Assembly (NCBI RefSeq): GCF_000025505.1
Contig: NC_013849.1
Span: forward strand, 1,320,001 to 1,352,000
Source: Ferroglobus placidus DSM 10642
GTDB taxonomy: Archaea > Halobacteriota > Archaeoglobi > Archaeoglobales > Archaeoglobaceae
Length of the DNA: 32,000 nucleotides
Direction: 5' to 3'
Shown here: positions 16,749 through 24,440 of the stretch, one piece after another
Numbering within the stretch: position 1 is the first letter of the stretch
Layout of the letters: the number at the start of each line of letters is the position of its first letter
Program-made: the position numbers and the translations under genes
Notes under the pieces: generated by a model
Database searches by the model: none
What the model saw: the letters and a program-made list of their open reading frames with translations, nothing else
Told to the model about the DNA's origin: nothing

Positions 16749-18158
16749 TTACTCAGCCTCTATCCCAACCGCCATTAAGAACCTCCTCTTTATAGCTTCC
16801 GTCACGAGCTTAGCGAGAGTCTGCTTGTCGGTAACGTCTCCGAATATTCCCAAGGGAATTTTTCCTCCAGCTGCGTGAGCGTGTCCGCCGGCACTTCCCA
16901 CATCTCCGAAAGCCTTTTTCAGAACCTCTCCGATGTTTATCCTCACGTCTTTGTTTCTCGCCGAAATGTAAACGGCATCCTTCATAATTCCGAAGACGAG
17001 CACGGTAGAAATTCCCTCCAGCTTTAGGAGAAAATCGGCTGCCTGCGGAAGGGTGTCTCTGTCGTTTATGAATCCCGCAAAGGAGATCAGGAAGGATGAG
17101 AAAATCTCCCTGTTCTTTATCGCAGTTCCTATGACATCGAGGGTTTCAGTGGACAAAGCCGGACCTTCCATCTTCTCTATCAGCTCGTTGTCTACGAAGG
17201 GGTAGAGGAAAGCTGCCGCAAGGAAATCGGCTGTCCTCGTGTTCTTCTTGAATTCCTCAGTTTCGGTTTGAATTCCGAAGAAGAGAGCTGTGGCGAGCAT
17301 TCTCGTCGGGACTATCTTCAAATCCTGAATGTACTGGGTGAGGATCGTCGCTGTTGCACCAACGTCGTTTCTTAAGTCGTAGTATTCAGCTTCGACGTTC
17401 TCAGCTGGATGATGATCGATAATTATCGAAAGTGTGATATCTTCGGGGATCGAGTTGTTTACTCCGACTCCGGAAGAGTCGACCAAAGCGAATTTATCGT
17501 AAATGCTTAAATCAACCTCCGAAGCTTTCAGCATTTCCACGTTTAAAAGATTAACCATCGCACGATTCTGCTGGTGGGCTATTTCTCCGTAATAAAGAAT
17601 GTCGGCAGCAACACCAAAATGCTTCGCAATCTCCCTCAAAGCCATTGCCGAGGATATCGCATCTGGATCAGGATTGTCGTGGGTGAAGATAGCAAGTCTC
17701 TTACAATCTTTCAAAACGTTCTTCAGCTTCTTCAGCTTTCTAAGATTTTCCGCCCTTTTAAGCTGATTAAGCAAACTCGTTTTCATCGCATCGTACGGGG
17801 TTATGACGATGTCCGCTCCAGCTGCCTCAAGCTCCTCCCTTGCTTTGAAACTTGAAGCTCTCGTTACGATTAAAACCTCAGGAGCGAGAGACCTTATTTT
17901 TTTCACGACGTTGAGGTTCGTTTGATCGCTTGCCGTAAGAACTAAAACAGCGTCAGCATCTTTTAAGTTCAATTTCTTCAGAGTCTCGTCCTTTTCTATG
18001 TCTCCTATCAAAGCTTCGATTTCCTGATCTTTTAAAACCTCTACTTTTTCGGGATTTTTATCGACTGCGATAACCTTTTTGCCAGCTTGAATGAGGTCCA
18101 TTATCACTTGAGAGCCGAAGCTACCGCAACCCAGTATTATGTAGTCGTAACTTTCCAT
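16749..18158 (-). CDS. TrkA-N (NAD-binding Rossmann) domain fused to a DHH/DHHA1 phosphoesterase
   Basis: The features are the N-terminal YIILGCGSFGSQV Rossmann motif, DHH motifs (FTHDNPDPDAISS, IIDHHP) and the DHHA1 motif GGHAHAAGG. The start is set at MESYDY (18158), because the 18-codon extension in the track is hydrophobic junk overlapping the promoter. Confidence 0.85.
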   Translation of the reverse strand: MESYDYIILGCGSFGSQVIMDLIQAGKKVIAVDKNPEKVEVLKDQEIEALIGDIEKDETLKKLNLKDADAVLVLTASDQTNLNVVKKIRSLAPEVLIVTRASSFKAREELEAAGADIVITPYDAMKTSLLNQLKRAENLRKLKKLKNVLKDCKRLAIFTHDNPDPDAISSAMALREIAKHFGVAADILYYGEIAHQQNRAMVNLLNVEMLKASEVDLSIYDKFALVDSSGVGVNNSIPEDITLSIIIDHHPAENVEAEYYDLRNDVGATATILTQYIQDLKIVPTRMLATALFFGIQTETEEFKKNTRTADFLAAAFLYPFVDNELIEKMEGPALSTETLDVIGTAIKNREIFSSFLISFAGFINDRDTLPQAADFLLKLEGISTVLVFGIMKDAVYISARNKDVRINIGEVLKKAFGDVGSAGGHAHAAGGKIPLGIFGDVTDKQTLAKLVTEAIKRRFLMAVGIEAE

Positions 18159-18182
18159 TGTCGAGAAATGTAGAAAGAAAGA

Positions 18183-18190
18183 TATATAAA
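18183..18190. promoter_or_regulatory. Single TATATAAA element shared by the divergent DHH and MazG genes
   Basis: It is centred about 25 nt from ATG 18211 (+) and about 28 nt from ATG 18158 (-), and it is the only TATA-like box in the 52-nt gap. Confidence 0.45.
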
Positions 18191-18210
18191 GGTTTTTCAT
18201 TAGGTTCGGC

Positions 18211-18486
18211 ATGGAACTGGAGGAGATAAGGAAGAAAATAGCCGAGAAATACCTCGAAATTGATAAAAAGTCGGGAGAACTCTTTTTGCTTGCGGTACTT
18301 TTCGAGGAAGTTGGGGAACTTGCCGAGGTCGTTAGGAAAAGGGACGTGGAAAAAATAGAAGAGGAGCTTTGCGACGTTCTCTTTATGATTTTAAGTCTGG
18401 CGAACTACTTCGGAGTAAATCCGGAGAAGAGGCTCGTTGAGAAGTATATCAAAGACGATCCTTCCTCAAGATGGGACCTTCCTTAG
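18211..18486 (+). CDS. MazG-like nucleotide pyrophosphohydrolase
   Basis: The 91-aa single MazG domain has EEVGELAEVV and EELCDVLFMILSLANYFGV (an EExxE/D metal-site pattern). Confidence 0.8.
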   Translation: MELEEIRKKIAEKYLEIDKKSGELFLLAVLFEEVGELAEVVRKRDVEKIEEELCDVLFMILSLANYFGVNPEKRLVEKYIKDDPSSRWDLP

Positions 18487-19758
18487 CTTTTTTAGCACGA
18501 GTTCCTTTTTCCTCAAAGCAGCTTCGAAAGCTTTGTCAACTCTTTTCTTCAACTCCTCGAAGTTTTCCGGTCTTTCTTCGCCGACGAGCTTCTTGATTGG
18601 CGTATATGCGCTCTCTCTAAACCTCGGTTTTAGCTCTTTTTCTTCCCCATCTTCAATTAAATAAGCTCCCTCTCCTTCTTCAACCCATCCAACTTCTTCG
18701 ACTCTCACTCCCGCTTTTTCGATCTCCTCAGCGATCTCTTCAGAGTCATTTTCCGGGCAGATTATCATGAGGGAGTCTATGGAAACGCCGAGGAAGTCTA
18801 TCTCCAGCTCTTCAAGCATGTTCAGAACTTTTTTGTTTACCACACCCCTCAGCTTCTCGTATTCGAAAACGAGCTTGGTCTTCGAAACCCTCGATATTTC
18901 CATCGCATCTCCCCTCACTCCTCCGTTCGTAACGTCGGTCATCGCGTGTATTTTTTCTACATGCTTCAAAGCAGCTTCAGCAGCTTTGATGAAGTCTACG
19001 TTTATCGTCTCGTCGACGATTTCGTGTCTTCCGTAGTAGATGGCTGTTGTGGCTATCGTTCCTCCTCCGGCACCCTCGGTCATGAGAATTACGTCTCCCT
19101 TCTTAGCATCCCTCCTCCTCGTCACCTTCTTTCCAACTCCTACGCAGCCAACAGCTCCGGTCATTCTCTCTCCTATAACCATGTCCCCTCCTATTCTCAA
19201 CGTGCTTCCGGAAACGAGAGGCACGTTCGTTGCCTCGCTTATAGCCATAATTCCGGCGAGGTGGTCGAATATCTTGGAAACGTCTCCGTCGTCGGCTACG
19301 TGAATATCGGAAAACAAAGCTAAAGGCTTGGCACCCATTACGTAGACGTCTCTCATAGCCGCTCTCGCAGCGTGAAAACCGGCTATGAAAGGAAACTCGC
19401 TGAGTCTCGAGTGAATTCCGTCGACGGAAATAGCCAAGTAATACTCTCCGATTCTAACGACTCCCGCATCGTCGAGCTCGCTTCTGCACATCTCCCCTAT
19501 TTTCGAGTGAACGTAGAAGTCTCCCTCTCCTCTGCTCCCCACTCCGAATTCTCCCATCTTCACGCCACTTTTGAAGTAGTCGAGTATTGGAGTAGTTTTT
19601 GAATAAGCGTTTTTGACTTCTAAGAAAACGGCTTCAGCAATTTTTTCAGCTTTTTCGATAGGAATATCCTTCACTTCGGCTATTAGCTCGGCAAGCTTCT
19701 CCTCTTTGCCTTTTTTTAAGAGTATTCTCGCGTATCCCTCTAAATCCATTCTTCTCAC
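18466..19758 (-). CDS. AIR synthase-related protein (PurM/ThiL/HypE superfamily)
   Basis: The N-domain motif is LDDAGVVRIGEYYLAISVDGIHS and the body is PurM-like (MGAKPLALFSDI, GGDMVIGER, TDVTNGGVRGD). Its 3' end overlaps the MazG 3' end by 21 nt in convergent orientation. Confidence 0.75.
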   Translation of the reverse strand: MRRMDLEGYARILLKKGKEEKLAELIAEVKDIPIEKAEKIAEAVFLEVKNAYSKTTPILDYFKSGVKMGEFGVGSRGEGDFYVHSKIGEMCRSELDDAGVVRIGEYYLAISVDGIHSRLSEFPFIAGFHAARAAMRDVYVMGAKPLALFSDIHVADDGDVSKIFDHLAGIMAISEATNVPLVSGSTLRIGGDMVIGERMTGAVGCVGVGKKVTRRRDAKKGDVILMTEGAGGGTIATTAIYYGRHEIVDETINVDFIKAAEAALKHVEKIHAMTDVTNGGVRGDAMEISRVSKTKLVFEYEKLRGVVNKKVLNMLEELEIDFLGVSIDSLMIICPENDSEEIAEEIEKAGVRVEEVGWVEEGEGAYLIEDGEEKELKPRFRESAYTPIKKLVGEERPENFEELKKRVDKAFEAALRKKELVLKKLRKVPS

Positions 19759-20177
19759 CTGCTAACGAGTATTATTCCTACGACAATTAAAGCCGTGCCG
19801 AGAAGAACTCTCAGCAAATCGAAGCTCTCGCGGAGAATTATAGCTGAGAAGATGACGGTGAAGAGGGGGTAAATAGATGTTATCGGAACCGCTTTGGAAG
19901 CCCCTATCGACTTGAGCGCCATGTAGTAGATTACCATTGCAAGTCCACCGGCGATAGCTCCGGCTGAGAGTAAGAGCGAAACCCTCTTCGCATCGAAAAC
20001 TTCTAAGTCGAAATCTCGCAGAGCGAGAACGACTATGGAGAGAAATATCAACGCTCCGAGGGATCTAATTAAGTTGGCGAGATAAGGAGAGACGTTGCCG
20101 ATTAAGGCAGTCTTATCTAATATTGGCACGAAACCCCAGAGTACAGCTGCGATGAAAGCTAAAACTTCTCCCATCAT
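19755..20177 (-). CDS. EamA-like (DMT superfamily) small membrane transporter, single EamA domain
   Basis: The 140-aa protein from MMGEVLAFIAAVLWGF has 4-5 TM segments. Its ATGA start overlaps the SpoU-family stop. The upstream 33 codons in the track lie inside the SpoU gene. Confidence 0.7.
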   Translation of the reverse strand: MMGEVLAFIAAVLWGFVPILDKTALIGNVSPYLANLIRSLGALIFLSIVVLALRDFDLEVFDAKRVSLLLSAGAIAGGLAMVIYYMALKSIGASKAVPITSIYPLFTVIFSAIILRESFDLLRVLLGTALIVVGIILVSR

Positions 20178-20848
20178 AGATGTCTCCTCACCTCGTAAAG
20201 CAAAATTCCAGCAGCTACCGACAGATTTAGAGAGGGAGTTTTTCCAACACCTTTTATCTCCACGAGGAAGTCGCACATCTTCTTCACCGGCTGGGAAATA
20301 CCTCTATCCTCTCCTCCAACAACCAAGGCGAGAGGTGGAGTAAATTTAACGCTCCTCAAATCCTTCCCTCCTATTTCTGCTCCCACTACAAGGAAACCGT
20401 ACTTCTTAATCTTTTTGATGCTGTTCGCAAGGTTTTCAACTCTGGAGATTTTTAAGTGAAAAGCTGCTCCTTGAGAAACTTCTACGACGGTCTCCGTAAC
20501 TTGTGCAGCTCTCCTCTTCGGAATAACGACTCCCGAACAGCCGAAAAATTCGGCAGTTCTCAAAACGGCTCCGAGGTTTTGAGGATCTTGAACCGAATCG
20601 AGGAAGAGGATAAAGCCGTTCTCCCTCAAAGCTTTTTCTACGACGAAGTCGAAGTCGTAGTATTTTACCGGAGAAACATCAGCCTCTATTTTTTTGAGAT
20701 TCTTAACCTTGACTATCGGGACCTTCTGCTTCTTAGCTTCGGCGAGAATTTTCGCAACCCTCGGATTGATATGCTCGCCTACGTAGATTTTGTTGACGAC
20801 TCCGGCTTTCAAAGCTTCGGCGATGCTGTTAACTCCGGTCACTCTCAT
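20174..20848 (-). CDS. SpoU/TrmH-family RNA 2'-O-ribose methyltransferase with an N-terminal L30e-like domain
   Basis: The three SpoU motifs are LDSVQDPQNLGAVLRTAEFFG, LVVGGEDRGIS and SLNLSVAAGILLYE. Confidence 0.85.
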   Translation of the reverse strand: MRVTGVNSIAEALKAGVVNKIYVGEHINPRVAKILAEAKKQKVPIVKVKNLKKIEADVSPVKYYDFDFVVEKALRENGFILFLDSVQDPQNLGAVLRTAEFFGCSGVVIPKRRAAQVTETVVEVSQGAAFHLKISRVENLANSIKKIKKYGFLVVGAEIGGKDLRSVKFTPPLALVVGGEDRGISQPVKKMCDFLVEIKGVGKTPSLNLSVAAGILLYEVRRHL

Positions 20849-21216
20849 AAAAGCAAGGTTGACATTGCGGTTAAAATTTATTTCATTGGGGAAACGCTAT
20901 AAAATCTGGCAGGGATTCTGCTTGCATAACTCAATCGGAAAATTTAAAACTTCGTGCTCATCAATGTAGCAGTTTAGCTCTTTTTTACGCTTTTTTCGAT
21001 ACTGTTTCAATGGGATTGGTAATTCCTTCGCGATTGATAACTGGAACTGCACGAATTCTTAAATGCTGTAAACTCTCCCAGATCTGTCTTTTTTGCTATT
21101 ATTCAGTTTTTGCTAAATAGCCAGTTAACTTAATATTTTGATTTTTAACTATTCTACAGTGGAATAGCAAACTATTTATAGTGATTATGAGCATTATCTT
21201 ATGAGGTGATGTGTGA

Positions 21217-21741
21217 ATGTGGAGAGATGAGAAGGCAGTATCGCCAGTGATTGGTGTTATTTTGATGGTGGCAATAACCGTCATACTGGCGGCAGTGATT
21301 GCCAGCTTCGTCTTTGGACTGGGAAGCAAGGCTCCAAAGGCTGCTCCGCAGGCTAGTTTAGTAGCTAGTGCTTACGATAATGAAACGAAATACAATACAA
21401 TAGATCTTAAGGGAAAGACAGACTTGGTCATAATAGAGCATCAGGGTGGAGAAAATATTCCGTGGGCAGATGTAAAGGTGATTGTTGAAGGTACGAAAAA
21501 CAAATCGAGTTTAACTACAGCTGATGCGGAAAATATAAAATATGTGGACAATAGTAACAAATCGGCTTGGTATCAAGACGAGATATCATCCAACGAATTC
21601 TTTGAGCCGGGTGAGAAACTTGTAATCGCCTTCAACAACAGTGCTTACAACCACTTTGGAGCAGGCGATTCGGTTACAATAAAAGTCCTGCACACTCCAA
21701 GCAACCAGATGATATTGTCAGCAAAAGTGGCAGCTCAGTGA
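21217..21741 (+). CDS. Archaeal type IV pilin-like protein (class III signal peptide, DUF1628-like N-terminus)
   Basis: The N-terminus is MWRDEKAVSPVIGVILMVAITVILAAVIASFVFGLG. GAGGTGAT lies at 21203-21210 and a TATA-like TATTTATA at about 21173-21180. Four N-X-S/T sequons are present. Confidence 0.85.
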   Translation: MWRDEKAVSPVIGVILMVAITVILAAVIASFVFGLGSKAPKAAPQASLVASAYDNETKYNTIDLKGKTDLVIIEHQGGENIPWADVKVIVEGTKNKSSLTTADAENIKYVDNSNKSAWYQDEISSNEFFEPGEKLVIAFNNSAYNHFGAGDSVTIKVLHTPSNQMILSAKVAAQ

Positions 21742-21749
21742 ACTTGAAC

Positions 21750-21775
21750 TTTTTCTTCTTTTTGTTTTCTTTTTT
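21750..21775 (+). terminator. Extended T-rich terminator after the pilin gene
   Basis: CTTTTTCTTCTTTTTGTTTTCTTTTTT starts 9 nt after the stop codon. Confidence 0.6.
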
Positions 21776-21954
21776 AAATAACCTGGCTGTTTTGGTTTGG
21801 CTAAAGTTGTGATTCTCTTCTTAATTTAAGCAGACCGCTGCTCTTAATTCAACGCTCTCAGCCAACCCAACCACTCGCATTTTTACTTCAATTCCGCAGC
21901 TCAGCGAAGCGAATTTTAGAATCCAAACGATAAACCTGCTTCGTGAGGTGAGAC

Positions 21955-22614
21955 TTAGGTGAAAACCTTATTTTCGAGCTTTCTGACGCGGTCAATTAGA
22001 TCCTCGATGATCTTATCTTTGGCTTTTAATTCTTTGAGCTCTACGGTGTTCTGCTCTACTCTCTCCACAAGCTTGTCTATTCTCGTCGATAGAGCGAGAA
22101 TAACTTCTGTAAGGTGATCTACCCTTTTGTTAAGTTCTTGGTTCATCGTGTCCACTTTTGAGCTTAGTGCATCCACTCTTTTGTTTGTTTCGTCTATTCT
22201 TTTGCTTAGCTCTTGATTTATCGAGTCAATCCTCCTGTTAGTTTCATCTATCCTTTTGCTTAATTCCTGATTTATCGAATCAACTTTCAAGCTTAATGAA
22301 TCTATCCTCTTGTTTAACTCTTGATTTATAGAATCAATTCTCTTATTCGTTTCATCAATTCTCCTACTCAGCTCTTCGTTAATTTTGTCGATTCTTTTAT
22401 TCGCTTCGTCCATCCTTCTTTCCAGTCCATCCATTCTCTTCTCTATGGAATCCATTCTTTGCTCAATACCATCTATTCTCTTGTTCATCGTCTCGACTGC
22501 TATCCTGAAGCCTTCGAGCTGTCCTCTGACCTCGGCTTTAAATTCTTTGAACTCTTCTCTTATTTCACCAATTATCGCATCCCTGAACTTTTCAAGAACC
22601 TTCTCAATATCCAT
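21955..22614 (-). CDS. Repetitive coiled-coil protein (219 aa) built from [KR]-[IVM]-D-initiated 7- and 11-residue units
   Basis: About 16 consecutive units are visible, for example RIDETNK / RIDSINQELSK. There is no TM segment or signal peptide. A TATA-like TTTTAAATTT (minus sense) lies about 30 nt upstream of the ATG. Confidence 0.8.
   Translation of the reverse strand: MDIEKVLEKFRDAIIGEIREEFKEFKAEVRGQLEGFRIAVETMNKRIDGIEQRMDSIEKRMDGLERRMDEANKRIDKINEELSRRIDETNKRIDSINQELNKRIDSLSLKVDSINQELSKRIDETNRRIDSINQELSKRIDETNKRVDALSSKVDTMNQELNKRVDHLTEVILALSTRIDKLVERVEQNTVELKELKAKDKIIEDLIDRVRKLENKVFT
22080..22479 (-). repeat. In-frame degenerate tandem repeats (21/33-nt units, 54-nt super-repeat) inside the coiled-coil gene
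   Basis: The DNA units are recognisably related but carry many synonymous differences (ttgatttatcgagtcaatcctcct / ctgatttatcgaatcaactttcaa / ttgatttatagaatcaattctctt). The protein periodicity is conserved. Confidence 0.75.
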
Positions 22615-23067
22615 TAAAAAATTTATCAGCTACGGAAATTTAAAAGTTTATCGAAACGTCTGAAAATTTGATTGAACGAATGAAGGCACAGCAAAGCCGA
22701 CAAACTCCCTTCTAATAACCAACGACAAAATTACGTCTAGATATATCAGTAGCGATGCAGCACTCACTCGACGGGTTTTCTTGTGATATCCCAACTCTTA
22801 AACCGAGAACTTGGAGAACGGTAACTCCTATGAGCACTTTTTGATCACGTCGGAGATAAGTACGGGGACGATTTCTCTTTTGTCCATTATTTTTGTCATA
22901 TCTTCGCTTTAACCTTGATGTGTCCCATGGTTTTTATCACTGTTGCAAAAAGTATGTTTGAAGAAGAGGTAAGTCAAGTTTTGGAGAGAAGTATACGGGC
23001 ATCGTTGAGCTCGATTTTTCGAAATAGTTTGTTGAAGACGGTTATAATTCTATATCAAAATTCTACT

Positions 23068-23217
23068 ATGAGAGTCAAAGTAACAAGGAACTACCAGATA
23101 ACGATACCAGCGGAAATACGGAGAAAAGTCAATCTCAGGCTTGGCGATGTTGTTGACGTAACGTACGACGAAAAAACGGGGGAGATAAGGATAAAAAAGA
23201 TTTTAGACTCGTTATGA
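23068..23217 (+). CDS. vapB: AbrB/SpoVT-type antitoxin (VapB-like), 49 aa
   Basis: MRVKVTRNYQITIPAEIRRKVNLRLGDVVDV is a typical SpoVT/AbrB swapped-hairpin motif. A TATA-like TTATAATTCTATAT lies just upstream. The long N-terminal extension in the track (from 22915) has no support. Confidence 0.85.
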   Translation: MRVKVTRNYQITIPAEIRRKVNLRLGDVVDVTYDEKTGEIRIKKILDSL

Positions 23218-23618
23218 AAGCAGTCATTGATACCAACGTTCTCATCTACGACACGTTCGAGGACAGCATTTACCACTTGCAGGCAAGAAAGCTACTTGAT
23301 GAGCTTGGACAAAGGTATATCCCGGCAATAGTCGTCCACGAGTACGTGTGGGCGTTGAAATCACTCAAAATTTCTCCCGAAGACGTCCTCTACAAGGTGG
23401 AGGAAATTATGAACCACCACAAATCCAAGTTGCTTGCAGATACTGAATACGGCATGATTTCCGCACTTGGTACCGTTGTTAAGGAAAACCTGAGTTTGTC
23501 AAGATACAACGATAAGGTGATTCTCTCAGCAGCAATCAGAAACAGAGCGAGTATTGCCACGTTTGACGAAAAACTGAGAAAACAAGCTCTCTTCTGGAAT
23601 CGACGTTCTACCAGATAA
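23214..23618 (+). CDS. vapC: PIN-domain ribonuclease toxin (VapC)
   Basis: The N-terminus MKAVIDTNVLIY carries the first acidic PIN residue, with later FDEKL. The 4-nt overlap with the antitoxin gene is typical of these pairs. Confidence 0.88.
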   Translation: MKAVIDTNVLIYDTFEDSIYHLQARKLLDELGQRYIPAIVVHEYVWALKSLKISPEDVLYKVEEIMNHHKSKLLADTEYGMISALGTVVKENLSLSRYNDKVILSAAIRNRASIATFDEKLRKQALFWNRRSTR

Positions 23619-23693
23619 TTTGGTTCCTCCCGCTCCCTAAAACCAGTTTTGTACAAATTTGTTCTCGGAAAGCTTAATATTGATTAGGGAGAA

Positions 23694-23871
23694 AAAATAA
23701 TTTCGGATGGAGGAGGAGCTGAAGGTAATCAAAGAAGTCATCCTCGAAACTGCCAGAAAGCACGGGATTGAGGTAGAGAAGATAATTCTCTTCGGTTCAA
23801 GGGCGAGAGGTAATCATAAGGAAGACTCAGATTGGGATATACTGATCGTGACAAAGAAAAAGCTGAACAAA
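23694..23871 (+). repeat. 178-nt near-identical dispersed repeat, copy A (5' flank plus first 55 codons of MNT-1)
   Basis: It matches 25147-25324 at a constant offset of 1453 nt, with 4 mismatches found by eye. Similarity ends abruptly on both sides. Confidence 0.85.
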
Positions 23872-24033
23872 AGCGCAAAGGATCGATTCATCTTCGAGGT
23901 TAGAAGAAAAATAGTTTGGAGGCTGGAAGAACCCATCGATGTCATTGTGGCTGACAAGCGTAAGTATGATGAATACAAACAAGTTTACGGGTCTATAATC
24001 GGGCAGGCTGCAAAAGAAGGAGTCGCTGTATGA
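23707..24033 (+). CDS. Minimal nucleotidyltransferase (MNT) of an MNT-HEPN toxin-antitoxin pair
   Basis: GSRARGNHKEDSDWDILIV is the GSxxRG...DxD nucleotidyltransferase signature. The protein is 108 aa. Confidence 0.88.
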   Translation: MEEELKVIKEVILETARKHGIEVEKIILFGSRARGNHKEDSDWDILIVTKKKLNKSAKDRFIFEVRRKIVWRLEEPIDVIVADKRKYDEYKQVYGSIIGQAAKEGVAV

Positions 24034-24061
24034 AAAAGGAGGTTGTAGAACAAACTAAAAG

Positions 24062-24424
24062 ATGGGTAGAAAAGCGGACAGAGACATAATTGCAGCAGAG
24101 ACTCTCTTTGAAGCGGAAATTTACGACTACTCCTTATTTCATTCTCAGCAAGCAATTGAAAAGTTTTTAAAAGCTTTTCTGACTTATCACAACAAACCTT
24201 TCGGGAAAACACACGATATAACCTTTCTACTCAAGCTCTGCATTGATGTTGATGAAAGTTTCAAGCAACTTCTTGAGGCTGAGGTTGACAAGCTGTATCC
24301 CAGGGCTATAGAGGTAAGATATCCAGAAGTGGAATACGAGGTTTTACCAGAAGAAGCGGAAGAGGCGATAAAGTTAGCCGAAAAAGTTAAAGAGTTCGTT
24401 CTGAAAAAGTTTAATATACGTTAA
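24062..24424 (+). CDS. HEPN-domain protein (partner of the MNT); the N-terminus is apparently displaced by a 1-nt frameshift
   Basis: HEPN-type features are AIEKFLKAFL, GKTHDITFLLKL and EVRYPE. The ancestral start appears to be ATG 24030 (ATGA overlap with the MNT stop). That frame stops after 19 codons, and the HEPN frame resumes at 24062. Confidence 0.8.
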   Translation: MGRKADRDIIAAETLFEAEIYDYSLFHSQQAIEKFLKAFLTYHNKPFGKTHDITFLLKLCIDVDESFKQLLEAEVDKLYPRAIEVRYPEVEYEVLPEEAEEAIKLAEKVKEFVLKKFNIR

Positions 24425-24440
24425 GTGCACACAGTTTATC

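Noticed and set aside
21010-21120. 36-codon Cys-rich ORF (MGLVIPSRLITGTARILKCCKLSQICLFCYYSVFAK) in the long gap upstream of the pilin gene
   Set aside because: It has no SD or suitably spaced TATA-like box and no recognisable motif. It lies in AT-rich sequence where such ORFs arise by chance.
22660-22915. Short broken minus-strand reading frames (e.g. MDKREIVPVLISDVIKKCS*) that could be debris of an integrase or another gene
   Set aside because: The fragments are too short and lack any diagnostic motif, so no family can be assigned from sequence alone. They are mentioned only as context for the accessory patch.
22915-23067. N-terminal extensions offered by the ORF track: AbrB antitoxin from 22915, KaiC-like to 1283, DHH to 18212, EamA to 20276, UbiD from GTG 13060, ferredoxin from TTG 14370 and PDO from GTG 25704
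   Set aside because: The extensions add non-homologous, often hydrophobic or junk residues. They overlap promoters or neighbouring genes. Internal ATGs have better TATA or SD spacing and match the family N-termini.
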